NCBI GenBank assembly: GCA_041650895.1 | Contig: JBAZKF010000001.1 | Location: 145,685 to 209,684, forward strand | Direction of reading: 5' to 3' | DNA: 64,000 bases | Origin: Patescibacteria group bacterium | GTDB lineage: Bacteria; Patescibacteriota; Patescibacteriia; 2-01-FULL-39-33 | In this document: positions 45,035 to 54,779 of the stretch, piece by piece | Layout: every line of letters starts with the position of its first letter | How positions within the stretch are numbered: position 1 is the first letter of the stretch | Made by a program: the position numbers and the translations under genes | The notes under the pieces: model-generated | What the model was told of the DNA's origin: nothing | Database searches by the model: none | The model's input: only the letters and a program-made list of their open reading frames with translations

Positions 45035-47599
45035 TTAATCATTGATATAAACCGCTTTGCAACATCTGGAACAAATCGGTAACGAATGCTTGAATAAATA
45101 TTGACGGAATTTTTGGTAATCATTGGACAGCCAAATCTCATCAGGAGTCTTATCCAATAAGCTCCCGAAAGATTTTTCAATGATATCGCACCAAACAACT
45201 TCGCCACGCTGATTAATGCGCAACTCGGGCTGCAATAATTTCAAACAAAAAGGCCGGGACGGTTTCTGACCCAAATACTGCGGTAAGTTATGATAATAAT
45301 TCAACGGAGAGAAATTAACAAAACAGCCAGTCTTAAGTCCGTACAATCTGATTTTAGCCAATTTTTTCTTCAACTCTACGGCGTCAGTATCAGGAGGAAA
45401 AATAGGATCCCTAATCTGCGTATTAAGGCGGTAATCGCGGCCCTCTTCCCAGCCAAACTCCCGATTAAAAATACTCTTGGCTTGAGCTACGTCGGCAGAT
45501 GAATAAACTTGCTCAAATAAGACATTAATTGTTGTAATGCCTAATTTTTTAGTGGTATCAATCAATTCAAAAAATTTATCTACATTATCATTAATTAACA
45601 AGGTGGCGAAAATGGTAATAGGAACTTTAGGCATTTTGGCCTGCAAAAGCTTAATGGCCCGCTCCAACCGATCAAAAGTACCCGGTACGCCCCTAATAGC
45701 GTCATGTAACTCCTTGGGACCGTCCAGCGAGGTTAGAATATCAGTCAGATGCTTATAACCCGCTAATTGATCAATATTACGCTCATTAATAAGCGTACAG
45801 TTAGTTTGAAGGATTACCCGTTTACCGAGAGAATCCCAAAAAGCAATAAGCTGCAAAATATCTTGGCGGGCGAATGGTTCGCCGCCGACTAATTTTATTT
45901 CTTCCACCTGGCTGGACATTTTTTTAAACACCTCAAGAATCTGTTCAGCTGACAATTCCTGCTGGCGTAAATTCCTATTCTCTCCTTGATAACACATCTT
46001 ACAACGCAAATTGCATCTGATGGTCGGTTCATAGCCGACTTCATAAACTAGCGGGGACTCGGTTTGAAAAGGCAGAGCCGGCGCTTGAATAAATTTTTTA
46101 ACCCTGATAATCGCCAACCTATTCCGCCGCCAATCATAAAATATTTTTGCCAGCGGAGAGATTATTGGCACGGCTTTTACCGCTTTTTTAAGCTGATGCT
46201 TATTATTTTTCAAATAAGTTAAGAATAATCCGCAATCATAAACTAAAGGCGAAAAGAAAAAGACATAAACCGGCAGGCGATAACGCGCCAAGACAAAGGG
46301 CGAGACCATCAAAGCGGTATACAGAATTATCATCACTGCAAAAATGAAAAATAGCAGTTTATCCCGATCTTTAAAATAAGAATAAATTAAGGCGATAGCC
46401 AAGGCCAGAGAACTAATACCCCATAAAGCAACACCGGCCAAATAAGTTAATAGTTTAAGATTAATCTGTTTGATGAAGTCAAAAATTCCCTGCCAGTTGC
46501 CATTCAAGATAAATCCGGTGATATCCGGTTTAGAAAACTCCCCAGTGCAAGCCGACCACATCTCGAAGTATCCGGGCTGAAAAAAGAAAGGTATTGTCCT
46601 AATCAGATGAACCTTAAGATAGCCGCCCAGATTGCCTAATATATAAGCCTTGGCCGTTTGACTGTAATAATCCAGCTCGCGATTGAATTCAGATAAGCTG
46701 ACTGACAGGCAATCGCCTTGATTGCCGATATTTTTCCCCAGAGCGCTATCGGCTTGCCGGACAATAAGATTATAAGCATCAGCGTAAGGAATTTGTCTCT
46801 GATAAGAGATCAGCGCTGGCAGATTATAAAAATAAATATTAGTATCAAATAGATTGACCAAAGCCGGCCGATTATAAACAACCTTATTCCTAATAATGAT
46901 CGGCGAAATCACCGCAAAAAATACAATCATGAAAGCAACACAACTTAACAAAATCTTGCGCCAACTCAACTTCGCCAATCCGCCGGTCGGTACGAGTTTC
47001 CGAACCAAATAAACTAAAACAAGACCGGCTGGAAATATTAAAAGCAAGGGGGAAGTATTTTGCCTAGCTAATGTTGAAATGCCGAGCCAAAAAGCGCTCA
47101 GCAACAAATCCCTGCTCTTAGCGCTGGAGAAAAATTTCAAAAAATAATATGTGCCGCCTAAAAATAACGGGATGGCCAAATTCTCGCTGACCAACAAAAA
47201 ATTATGCCAAGCCCAATAAGGTTCAATGGCAATCAAAAAAGTAACCAACAAAGAAATCTTCTCGTTAAAAAACAAGCGAACCAGCTTATAGCCGATGATT
47301 AAGGTCACGAAAGCCAAAACTACTTGCGCCAAATAAATCGTCCATTCCCCTCCCAACCAATGCAATAAGACCGAAGTCGTCAAGTAATACAATGGCGGAT
47401 GCCAATCACAGTAATCGTGAAAAATACCCAATAAAACAGAAACAGCCGGCTGAGCCTGGTTATAAAAATTCTGCCAACCGCCTTTATTTAAGCTGGCCTG
47501 CCAAAAAGTGATAAAAATTGAAATACGCACCGCCAGAAAAGCGGCGACAATGACCAGCCATGACCGATATTTAAAAACGATATTTCTTATATTTGACAT
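45035..47599 (-). CDS. Fusion protein: N-terminal GT-C/PMT_2-like polytopic membrane domain + C-terminal radical SAM/SPASM domain
   Basis: 854 aa. Residues 1 to about 480 are roughly 12 TM helices with DWHPPLYYLTTSVLL (a PMT_2-type motif). Residues from about 510 onward contain EPTIRCNLRCKMC (CX3CX2C), VGGEPFARQD, and a SPASM-like tail FCL...GEVVWCD...FGSL...EIW...PICSRCC. Confidence 0.8.
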   Translation of the reverse strand: MSNIRNIVFKYRSWLVIVAAFLAVRISIFITFWQASLNKGGWQNFYNQAQPAVSVLLGIFHDYCDWHPPLYYLTTSVLLHWLGGEWTIYLAQVVLAFVTLIIGYKLVRLFFNEKISLLVTFLIAIEPYWAWHNFLLVSENLAIPLFLGGTYYFLKFFSSAKSRDLLLSAFWLGISTLARQNTSPLLLIFPAGLVLVYLVRKLVPTGGLAKLSWRKILLSCVAFMIVFFAVISPIIIRNKVVYNRPALVNLFDTNIYFYNLPALISYQRQIPYADAYNLIVRQADSALGKNIGNQGDCLSVSLSEFNRELDYYSQTAKAYILGNLGGYLKVHLIRTIPFFFQPGYFEMWSACTGEFSKPDITGFILNGNWQGIFDFIKQINLKLLTYLAGVALWGISSLALAIALIYSYFKDRDKLLFFIFAVMIILYTALMVSPFVLARYRLPVYVFFFSPLVYDCGLFLTYLKNNKHQLKKAVKAVPIISPLAKIFYDWRRNRLAIIRVKKFIQAPALPFQTESPLVYEVGYEPTIRCNLRCKMCYQGENRNLRQQELSAEQILEVFKKMSSQVEEIKLVGGEPFARQDILQLIAFWDSLGKRVILQTNCTLINERNIDQLAGYKHLTDILTSLDGPKELHDAIRGVPGTFDRLERAIKLLQAKMPKVPITIFATLLINDNVDKFFELIDTTKKLGITTINVLFEQVYSSADVAQAKSIFNREFGWEEGRDYRLNTQIRDPIFPPDTDAVELKKKLAKIRLYGLKTGCFVNFSPLNYYHNLPQYLGQKPSRPFCLKLLQPELRINQRGEVVWCDIIEKSFGSLLDKTPDEIWLSNDYQKFRQYLFKHSLPICSRCCKAVYIND

Positions 47600-47610
47600 A
47601 GTATTTTCTG

Positions 47611-49050
47611 TTATTGCTGCTTTTTACCGCTAAGGATCCACTCGCACAGTGCTAGAAATCCTAAAAAATAAATTTTAACGTGTTTCGGGCTTCTTAGACG
47701 TTTCACATAATTAAGGATAATCCGCGGACGAAAATAAAATTTACGGAAAAACAAGCGATTAGAAGCTATAAGTTCCTCCCGCGTCAAGCCGAACGGCACG
47801 AAAACCGGCTCCCATTCGTTCATTTTTTTCCAATCCTTATCAAAAGTCCCATACTGGGAATAATTGCCGCTGATTTCCGAACCGGGCAATGGCGTCATTA
47901 GAGTGCAATGGAATTCGTCAATTTTAAGTGACAGCGCAAAATCGATCGTTTCTTTGATCGTCTCGCGGGTTTCCCCGGGATGGCCCATGATAAAAAACGC
48001 GCCCACATCAATTCCTGCCCCCTTAGTCCAGTTGATAGCGCTTCTAATCTGCTCCTTAGTGGTGTTTTTCTTAATTAATTTTAAAATGTTTTCATTGCCT
48101 GATTCCACGCCATACCAAACCTGCCAACAGCCCGCCTCCTTCATTACTTTAAACATTTCCGGCTCAACCATATCAACGCGGGCTAAGGCTGTCCAGACCA
48201 AATCCAATTTTTTTTCTTTCAGCAGTTCGCAAAATTTGTAAAGACGCGGCTTAAAAACCGTAAAATTATCATCGCGAAACTGAATCTCCCTGATGCCGTA
48301 TTTATAATAAAGCAACAAGACCAGCTCCATCATATATTCCGCAGAATGAGCCGACAGGACGTTGCCATAAACGCTTCTAGTGCAGAATGTGCACTGACCA
48401 GGACAACCTCTTGAAGTAACTAAAGTTGAAGCGGGAAATTTTTTAACCGTATGAACCGGCGGAGAATATTTGACTAAATCGGGCAATAAATCAAAAGCCG
48501 GTTGAGGTAAGGCGTCAAGATCAATAATTCTGGCACGCGGCGCTGTAATAATAAATTCATCCGACACATCAGATTTAAAAATCAATCCATTAACCTGTCT
48601 TAACTGATCCTTGCTCAAGCCGTTTTGAGATAATATCGATAATAACTCAACCAAGGTCCTCTCACCCTCGCCGATAATCCCCAAATCGAATTTGGGATAA
48701 AGCTTCAGGGTTTCTTCCGGCGCCGTGCTCAAATGATGGCCGCCGATCAAAGTGATTATGCCAGGTTTGATCTTTTTAATTTCCCGAGCAACCGCCGCCG
48801 CGTTATCAATAGAGATAGTAACTGCCGTAAAACCAACAATGGCGGGATCGGCTGCCAAGACTCGTTCTGTAGTTGCAACGGTGCCCAAATCCATAATTTC
48901 CGCATCAATAATACTAACCTCATGACCCGCCGCCCTGACGGCAGCCGCCAAATATACCAGTCCCAAAGGAATAGACTCTCCCCCGCTTTTGCTTTTTATC
49001 CCATATCTTTCTTCTAAAGTTAATGGGGGTTGGACTAAAATTATTCTCAT
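47611..49050 (-). CDS. B12-binding-domain radical SAM enzyme (class B), paralogue rS7
   Basis: 479 aa. LIGGHHLSTAP...IIGEGERTL, SRGCPGQCTFC, C-terminal FFRKFYFRPRIILNYV. Confidence 0.9.
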   Translation of the reverse strand: MRIILVQPPLTLEERYGIKSKSGGESIPLGLVYLAAAVRAAGHEVSIIDAEIMDLGTVATTERVLAADPAIVGFTAVTISIDNAAAVAREIKKIKPGIITLIGGHHLSTAPEETLKLYPKFDLGIIGEGERTLVELLSILSQNGLSKDQLRQVNGLIFKSDVSDEFIITAPRARIIDLDALPQPAFDLLPDLVKYSPPVHTVKKFPASTLVTSRGCPGQCTFCTRSVYGNVLSAHSAEYMMELVLLLYYKYGIREIQFRDDNFTVFKPRLYKFCELLKEKKLDLVWTALARVDMVEPEMFKVMKEAGCWQVWYGVESGNENILKLIKKNTTKEQIRSAINWTKGAGIDVGAFFIMGHPGETRETIKETIDFALSLKIDEFHCTLMTPLPGSEISGNYSQYGTFDKDWKKMNEWEPVFVPFGLTREELIASNRLFFRKFYFRPRIILNYVKRLRSPKHVKIYFLGFLALCEWILSGKKQQ

Positions 49051-49068
49051 AATAGAAAATACTAAAAA

Positions 49069-49764
49069 TTAAAAACGATATTTAATCAGGGTCCAAATAG
49101 CAATTAAACCGTCGCGAAGTTTTATCTTTTTACCTTCTTCTTGCGAGCGGGGAATATAGGAAATCGGCACTTCATGAATCTTAACGCCCTGCCGAGAAAT
49201 CTTGGCTGTTATTTCCGGACAGAATTCAAAACCCTTGGCTTCAATATTTATCTTATCCAAAACTTGTTTGCTGACCATTTTATAGCAAGTCGCCTCATCT
49301 GTTATGGCAGTGCCGTAAAGAAAATTAGTCAACCAAGTCAGATAGACTCCACCCAAATAATAAAACCAGCCGGCCTTAGGACTTTTCTTTCTGGTCAATC
49401 CTAAACGCCTAGAACCATAAACCGCTTGAGCGCCGCATTCTTCTGCTTCATTTATCAATCTTTTCAGATCATTGGGATTATATTCTAAATCAGCATCCTG
49501 AACGACAGCATAATCGCCGGTTGACACTTTGTAACCGGCAGCTACGGCCGCGCCCTTGCCTTGATTTTCAGGCAGATGGATAATGATATATTTATCCTGA
49601 TAGCGATCAAGCACTTCTCGGGAATTATCGGTGGAACCGTCATTGACTATAATAATTTCTTTGTTAACGCCTAAATCAGCTTCCGACAATTTTTGTAAAA
49701 TAGCCCCGATGGTTTTTGCTTCGTTGTAGGCCGGAATAACAATGGAAAGTTTATTGATTTTCAT
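49069..49764 (-). CDS. Glycosyltransferase family 2, polyprenyl-phosphate sugar synthase-like (231 aa, paralogue of 57163..57858)
   Basis: LSIVIPAYNEAKTI, IIVNDGSTDNS, NQGKGAAVAAG, VQDADLEYNP, and C-terminal EEGKKIKLRDGLIAIWTLIKY. Confidence 0.85.
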   Translation of the reverse strand: MKINKLSIVIPAYNEAKTIGAILQKLSEADLGVNKEIIIVNDGSTDNSREVLDRYQDKYIIIHLPENQGKGAAVAAGYKVSTGDYAVVQDADLEYNPNDLKRLINEAEECGAQAVYGSRRLGLTRKKSPKAGWFYYLGGVYLTWLTNFLYGTAITDEATCYKMVSKQVLDKINIEAKGFEFCPEITAKISRQGVKIHEVPISYIPRSQEEGKKIKLRDGLIAIWTLIKYRF

Positions 49765-49768
49765 AATA

Positions 49769-50425
49769 TTATTTCTTTTTGCAAACTAAATAATAACCGC
49801 TAGTTAAAATGCCATTTTCCGGCCGGGAATGCCTGATATCGCCGAACTCACTCTTTATCGGCGAAGGCAGCCAAACCAATAATTTAACTAATAAAAATAA
49901 CGGGATTTTCATTAAGCGACCGCCGAATAAATTGGCTTGAAAACCTATTCTTTGTAATAAAGCGGCCAAAGTATCCTTAGTTGACAACTCATTGCGCAAT
50001 TCGATTATTTCCCAGCCGTCACTAAATAAAAACCTTAGGCCATACTTGGTAAAACGATAGTAATCATTGGGAATATCATGAAGAGGAAAAATAAACCTGG
50101 TAGTCAAAAGCAACACTCCGCCTGATTTCAGGACTCTTTTCATCTCGGCGACGGCTAAGTGAGGCGAATGCAAATGCTCCAGCAATTCAGTACATAAAAT
50201 CAGATCGAATTTATCATCGGTAAAAGGCAACTGATGAGCGTCGCCCACCACATCAACATTAATCCCCGGCCGATGGTCAAAACCGATGCGGTTGGGAAAT
50301 AAACTTTTGTAAGAACCGTCACCACAACCCAAATCAAGCACCAATTTTTCCGTTGACTGGTACTGGGCGATGAAAGCATCGATTTTTTTTCTGGTTATTT
50401 TGGCAGTTAGAAATTCTTTAATCAT
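49769..50425 (-). CDS. Class I SAM-dependent methyltransferase
   Basis: 218 aa. VLDLGCGDGSY, FDLILCTELLEHL, LKSGGVLLLTT. Confidence 0.8.
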   Translation of the reverse strand: MIKEFLTAKITRKKIDAFIAQYQSTEKLVLDLGCGDGSYKSLFPNRIGFDHRPGINVDVVGDAHQLPFTDDKFDLILCTELLEHLHSPHLAVAEMKRVLKSGGVLLLTTRFIFPLHDIPNDYYRFTKYGLRFLFSDGWEIIELRNELSTKDTLAALLQRIGFQANLFGGRLMKIPLFLLVKLLVWLPSPIKSEFGDIRHSRPENGILTSGYYLVCKKK

Positions 50426-50434
50426 TTTTGCCGT

Positions 50435-51553
50435 TTATGAATTAATGAAAGAGACGATTTTTTCAGCGCGCTTCTTCCAAGTATATTTTTCCGCATCGCT
50501 CCGGGCGCAACGAGAGATATTCTCGGCTAATTGCCGTTGCGTCAAAGCCCGGTTAATGCCCGCCGCTAAAAGATCAGAATTATCCGGCTCAACTAAAATA
50601 GCATTATTATCATTTAAAATTTCCCTCAAAGAAGGCAAATTAGAAGCGACTATAGGTACGCCACTGGCTAAATATTCAAAAAGTTTAAGCGGTGAAGTAT
50701 AAAATTGCGATATTTTTTCCTGCCCGGAATTAGGCAAAACCAAAACATCAGCGGCCTTCAGATAGAACGGGATTTGCTTATGCGGCTGATGGCCGAGAAT
50801 TAAGACATTAGCGCTATTGACATTTTTTTTCTTAAAAGCTTCAACATCTTCCTTAGTACCGCCGATAAAAACAACCAGGGATTCATTAGACAGATACCGG
50901 GCGGCTTCAGCCAAAACCTGCGCTCCTTTCCAACCATAAAGATGGCCGGTGTAAACAATCAATTTTTTATCCAACGGCAAATTAATTTTTTTCCTGGACT
51001 CCGTGGCGGTAATATTCAGATCAAACTCAGCCAAATCAACGCCATCGGGAGCAATTAATATTTTATCAGCAGCGATTCCGTTGCTGGCCAGAGCGGATTT
51101 AATAAAATCAGTCAGAACAACAATCCGTTGAAAACACCGCCAAAAAAGACGATGATACGATTTGATTGTTGCAGGCAAGGAGTGAAGTTCCAAAAAAGAC
51201 GATTTAAAAAATAAGCCGAACTGTTCTTCGCGTGTATATATAATATCATACTCCCTGAAAGACACGTAGATTCTGCTGGCTAACAAAAAAGTTGCAGTCG
51301 CCAGCCAAAAAGCCAGATTACCAATTGTTTTATCCAAAAAAATCAAATCTAAACAGGGTAATTCGGTAATCTTAAAATTAGCCGGTAAACCGTAATAGTT
51401 GAAGGGATCGGCTTTAAGATTATTAGAACGCCGCGGTACCACCAATTCAACTTGATGACCCAAAACAGAGAAAGTCTCGCACATTTTCATGATTTGCCAG
51501 CCATGAGCCTTCTCGGTCGGTATTCTGATGTTTGCCAAATAAATTATTTTCAT
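50435..51553 (-). CDS. Glycosyltransferase family 4
   Basis: ATG 51553 (MKIIYLANIRIPTEKAHGWQI) forms an ATGA overlap with the upstream stop. C-terminal KLFEYLASGVPIVASN...EILNDNNAILVEP. Confidence 0.85.
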   Translation of the reverse strand: MKIIYLANIRIPTEKAHGWQIMKMCETFSVLGHQVELVVPRRSNNLKADPFNYYGLPANFKITELPCLDLIFLDKTIGNLAFWLATATFLLASRIYVSFREYDIIYTREEQFGLFFKSSFLELHSLPATIKSYHRLFWRCFQRIVVLTDFIKSALASNGIAADKILIAPDGVDLAEFDLNITATESRKKINLPLDKKLIVYTGHLYGWKGAQVLAEAARYLSNESLVVFIGGTKEDVEAFKKKNVNSANVLILGHQPHKQIPFYLKAADVLVLPNSGQEKISQFYTSPLKLFEYLASGVPIVASNLPSLREILNDNNAILVEPDNSDLLAAGINRALTQRQLAENISRCARSDAEKYTWKKRAEKIVSFINS

Positions 51554-53709
51554 TTTTTTGTTTTTACTAAATAACACATTTGATGGCCGAACATATTAGG
51601 CCAAATATCTTTAAGACGAAAACCATTAGACGATTTAAATCTAACAACATCTAGACCCAAATCATTCAGCCAAATCAAAAAATCCTTATGGCTCCAAAAC
51701 CGCAGGTGTTCTGACGGATGTGTCATCCATTGGGTAAAAAATCTTCCTCCAAACATTAAGCCGAAACGATAACGGTAAAAAGCGGAATTAGGAACTGAAA
51801 TTGCCAAATAGTCGGCATTATCTTTTATTTTAGAGATTAAATCCTCGGGATATTTGATGTGTTCCAAAACCTCTGAAATCACAATGTAATCATATCGGTC
51901 GTCCAAATTAAAATCAGCGCTCTCGATATCGGCTTTTACTCCGTCAATGCCGGCTTGCTTTAAGTTATTGATTACTAATCCGGAAATATCCAAACCACTG
52001 ACCCGGCAACCCTTCTTTTCTTTTAATTCATAAGGCAGACGCGAACTGCCACAGCCAAGATCCAGAATTTTAGCTCCGGGCTTAATCCAATCCATAAAAA
52101 TCACTTCCCTTTCCATTAATTTGCTACGCATCTTGAAGCCGCGCTCTGACCAATACTGATCATAATCAAGTTGTTTGGTGATATTTTTGAAATCAGGGCG
52201 ACGCGTACCCTCAAAGAAGAACGATTTCGAGACGCGAGCTATGATTTTGTCAAAATAATACTTAAGCGCGCGCTTGACTTTGAATAATATAAAATCTAAA
52301 CGCTCTTTTTTGTTACCCAACTTAAGCCAGATTTTTGCCAGCTTCAAAAAGTGGGTTAAGCCTCTCTTTTTTACGCCCTCAAATATCTCCTGACGCCAAC
52401 TCTCAAATAATTTTCCCAACTCCTGGGAATCACTGACGCCAGAACGATTGAATTTGTCCTGGCTTTGGAAAAAAGAGAAATTACAATAATCGGAGGTATT
52501 GATACGACCCTTAAAAAAATCATTAAAAAGCTTCGTCCCTGGCAGGGCGGTAAAGATACTGAAAGAATAATGATCAGCTTTGATTTTCTTGGCGAATTCA
52601 AAGGTTTGCCGCATTTCTTCTTTAGTTTCGCCGGGCAGGCCGATCATAAAGCCGGCTTCGCGACGGATGCCGTGTTTCCGGCAAAGTTCCAGGGCTTTTT
52701 CCACATCGGATAATTTTATCCTTTTATTAATGATTTCATCTAAAACGCGCTGATTACCCGATTCAACGCCAAAATCAAGCTGTAAACAGCCACTTTCGGC
52801 CATTAACTTGATGATTTCTTCATTAACCAAATCCACTCGCGATTGAGCCCCCCAATACAGACCGGCTTCCTTCATAATCTGGCAAACCTTCCTAACATGA
52901 TCGTAATTAGCCGTTAAGGTATCATCAGCAAACCAAATTCCTTCAACGCCATATTTATCCCTTAAAAGATAGATTTCTTTTTTGATGTTTTCCAAACTGC
53001 GATAACGCACCTGACGCCCAAAAACCTGATTGCAGGCGCAAAAAGTGCAGCTGTAGGGACAGCCCCGGGAAGCCATAACCATCACCGCTTTCATAGGGAT
53101 GCCTCGGATAATATCGTCCCAGATCTTAGTATAGTAGGTCATATTCACCTTATCATAAGCCGGCAAGCTTAAATCAGTCAGATCCATATACTCCCGCCGT
53201 TCATTGATGACAACTTCATTATTCTGATCCGGCCAGGCGATGCCCTTCACCTTCCTTAGATCGGGCGACTCCTGCTGTAATTCCTTAATTAATTCAAAAG
53301 TAGTTTGTTCGCCTTCGCCGATAATGGCGGCATCAAAGCCGGAATTAACTACGCCAATCGGATCGGCTGTAGCTTGAGGCCCGCCGATAATCGAAAAAAC
53401 TTTGAGTTCTTTTTTAATCCTCTGATTCATTTCCACAGCTTCGGCAATTTCCATGGTCGTGGCAGTAAAACCGATTACTTGCGGCTTAAACTCTAAAACA
53501 GCCTTAATGATCTCCTCCTTGGCTCTTTCACGATTATCGTATTGATAGCCTCTGTCCGCGAATATTTTCCCGTCGATAATCAAATTATCAAAACCATGAT
53601 CCCGCAAATATCCGGAAATATACATCAAACCCAAAGAATAACGATGCTCCTTGAGCCGTTTAGGGGGAAGAATAAAAATCAAATCTTTATCTTGGCTAAT
53701 TTTTATCAT
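51550..53709 (-). CDS. Fusion protein: B12-binding-domain radical SAM (paralogue rS8) + C-terminal class I SAM methyltransferase domain
   Basis: 719 aa. IIGGPQATADP...IIGEGEQTT and SRGCPYSCTFC are followed, from about residue 520, by KILDLGCGSSRLPYEL...YDYIVISEVLEHI (methyltransferase motifs I-III). Confidence 0.85.
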   Translation of the reverse strand: MIKISQDKDLIFILPPKRLKEHRYSLGLMYISGYLRDHGFDNLIIDGKIFADRGYQYDNRERAKEEIIKAVLEFKPQVIGFTATTMEIAEAVEMNQRIKKELKVFSIIGGPQATADPIGVVNSGFDAAIIGEGEQTTFELIKELQQESPDLRKVKGIAWPDQNNEVVINERREYMDLTDLSLPAYDKVNMTYYTKIWDDIIRGIPMKAVMVMASRGCPYSCTFCACNQVFGRQVRYRSLENIKKEIYLLRDKYGVEGIWFADDTLTANYDHVRKVCQIMKEAGLYWGAQSRVDLVNEEIIKLMAESGCLQLDFGVESGNQRVLDEIINKRIKLSDVEKALELCRKHGIRREAGFMIGLPGETKEEMRQTFEFAKKIKADHYSFSIFTALPGTKLFNDFFKGRINTSDYCNFSFFQSQDKFNRSGVSDSQELGKLFESWRQEIFEGVKKRGLTHFLKLAKIWLKLGNKKERLDFILFKVKRALKYYFDKIIARVSKSFFFEGTRRPDFKNITKQLDYDQYWSERGFKMRSKLMEREVIFMDWIKPGAKILDLGCGSSRLPYELKEKKGCRVSGLDISGLVINNLKQAGIDGVKADIESADFNLDDRYDYIVISEVLEHIKYPEDLISKIKDNADYLAISVPNSAFYRYRFGLMFGGRFFTQWMTHPSEHLRFWSHKDFLIWLNDLGLDVVRFKSSNGFRLKDIWPNMFGHQMCYLVKTKK

Positions 53710-54775
53710 ATTTGTTTTTGGGGCCTAATAACTCTTCAATAAGACCGCCATCTAACAATTGTTTGACTAAAATTTCCGGCCGGCATAATCGGCAATAAAT
53801 CTCATAACCATTATCGGCGATTTTTTCATAATTTATTCTACCCTCTTTCAGCGCTAAGATTTTAGACGCCAAATCCTGGGCATCGGCCAAACGGCAAAAA
53901 ACCGCATCTTGGCCGTCCGTAAGCAATTCCCTGATAGCCGAAGAATCACCGGTCAAAACCGGCCGCTTGGCCGCTAAGCCCTCATAAACCTTATTAGGGA
54001 TAACTCTTTTAGCTTTATCAGTATGGCCGAATATACCTAGGCAAACATCAGCCTCCGCCAAATAGCCCCTTAAATTATCAATGGACACGGGCTCTATAAA
54101 ATTAACATTACTGACTTTAAGCCGGCTCGCCAAGTCAATTATTTCCCGGTAAGTCTGACCGTGGCCGATAATATTAAATTTGATATTTTCCCCCTCTAGA
54201 ATTTTCGTCGCTTCAATAATATACTCTATGCCCTGTAAAGGAATAAAACTGCCATGAAAATGAACCAAAAAATAATCTTTTTTCTTAGGAGTAATAGGAA
54301 AAATAACCTTATCATCACAACCGACTAAAACCCGATAAAACTTTTTTCTCTCCAACTTTAATTCTTTTACAAAATAGTCAATCTGGGCATTGGTATCCAA
54401 TAAAATTTTATCCGCCAAACGGCAGGATAACCAATCCAATAACCAGTAATACCTTCCTTTAAGGCTTTGCGCTTTAACGATTTTCCTATCTTCAACCATG
54501 GAATCAAAAAAAGAGTAAAAAGCGTCAAAAACAATCGGTTTAACGGTTAAAAGCCTGGCCAAAATCATGGCCTGAAACCCCGGAAAACCAACGATCATAA
54601 TATCATATTTCTTACGGATTGACCAGTGTTTTTTAATTAAATCCCAATACTTCAACGGCCCTTTGACGCTTGTTCGGCATTCAATCACATCAACGCCGTT
54701 TAACTTAAAACCGCCAAGCAAAATCCTATTGCGGCTATAATCAGGATCATAAATTCCGAAATAACAAATAATCAT
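53696..54775 (-). CDS. Glycosyltransferase family 4-like (GT-B)
   Basis: 359 aa. MIICYFGIYDPDYSRNRILLGG at the N-terminus and C-terminal PNKVYEGLAAKRPVLTGDS...LLTDGQDAVF. Confidence 0.75.
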   Translation of the reverse strand: MIICYFGIYDPDYSRNRILLGGFKLNGVDVIECRTSVKGPLKYWDLIKKHWSIRKKYDIMIVGFPGFQAMILARLLTVKPIVFDAFYSFFDSMVEDRKIVKAQSLKGRYYWLLDWLSCRLADKILLDTNAQIDYFVKELKLERKKFYRVLVGCDDKVIFPITPKKKDYFLVHFHGSFIPLQGIEYIIEATKILEGENIKFNIIGHGQTYREIIDLASRLKVSNVNFIEPVSIDNLRGYLAEADVCLGIFGHTDKAKRVIPNKVYEGLAAKRPVLTGDSSAIRELLTDGQDAVFCRLADAQDLASKILALKEGRINYEKIADNGYEIYCRLCRPEILVKQLLDGGLIEELLGPKNKYDKN

Positions 54776-54779
54776 AATA

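Noticed and set aside
45022-45207. A 62-codon N-terminal extension of rS6 (track start 45207)
   Set aside because: It would overlap the C-terminus of the GT-C/rSAM fusion gene by 173 nt. The paralogues all begin with MK(I/L)xLI directly at the B12 domain, as ATG 45021 does.
47864-48241. Long antisense ORFs inside rSAM genes (47864..48241 and 58028..58405, both 125 aa; also 42649..42960, 43955..44281, 44299..44631, 29631..29942 and others) as possible overlapping genes
   Set aside because: They occur only opposite strongly supported coding regions. They have biased, Ser/Ile/Leu-rich composition. The similarity between the two 125-aa ORFs simply reflects homology of the rS7 and rS9 sense genes.
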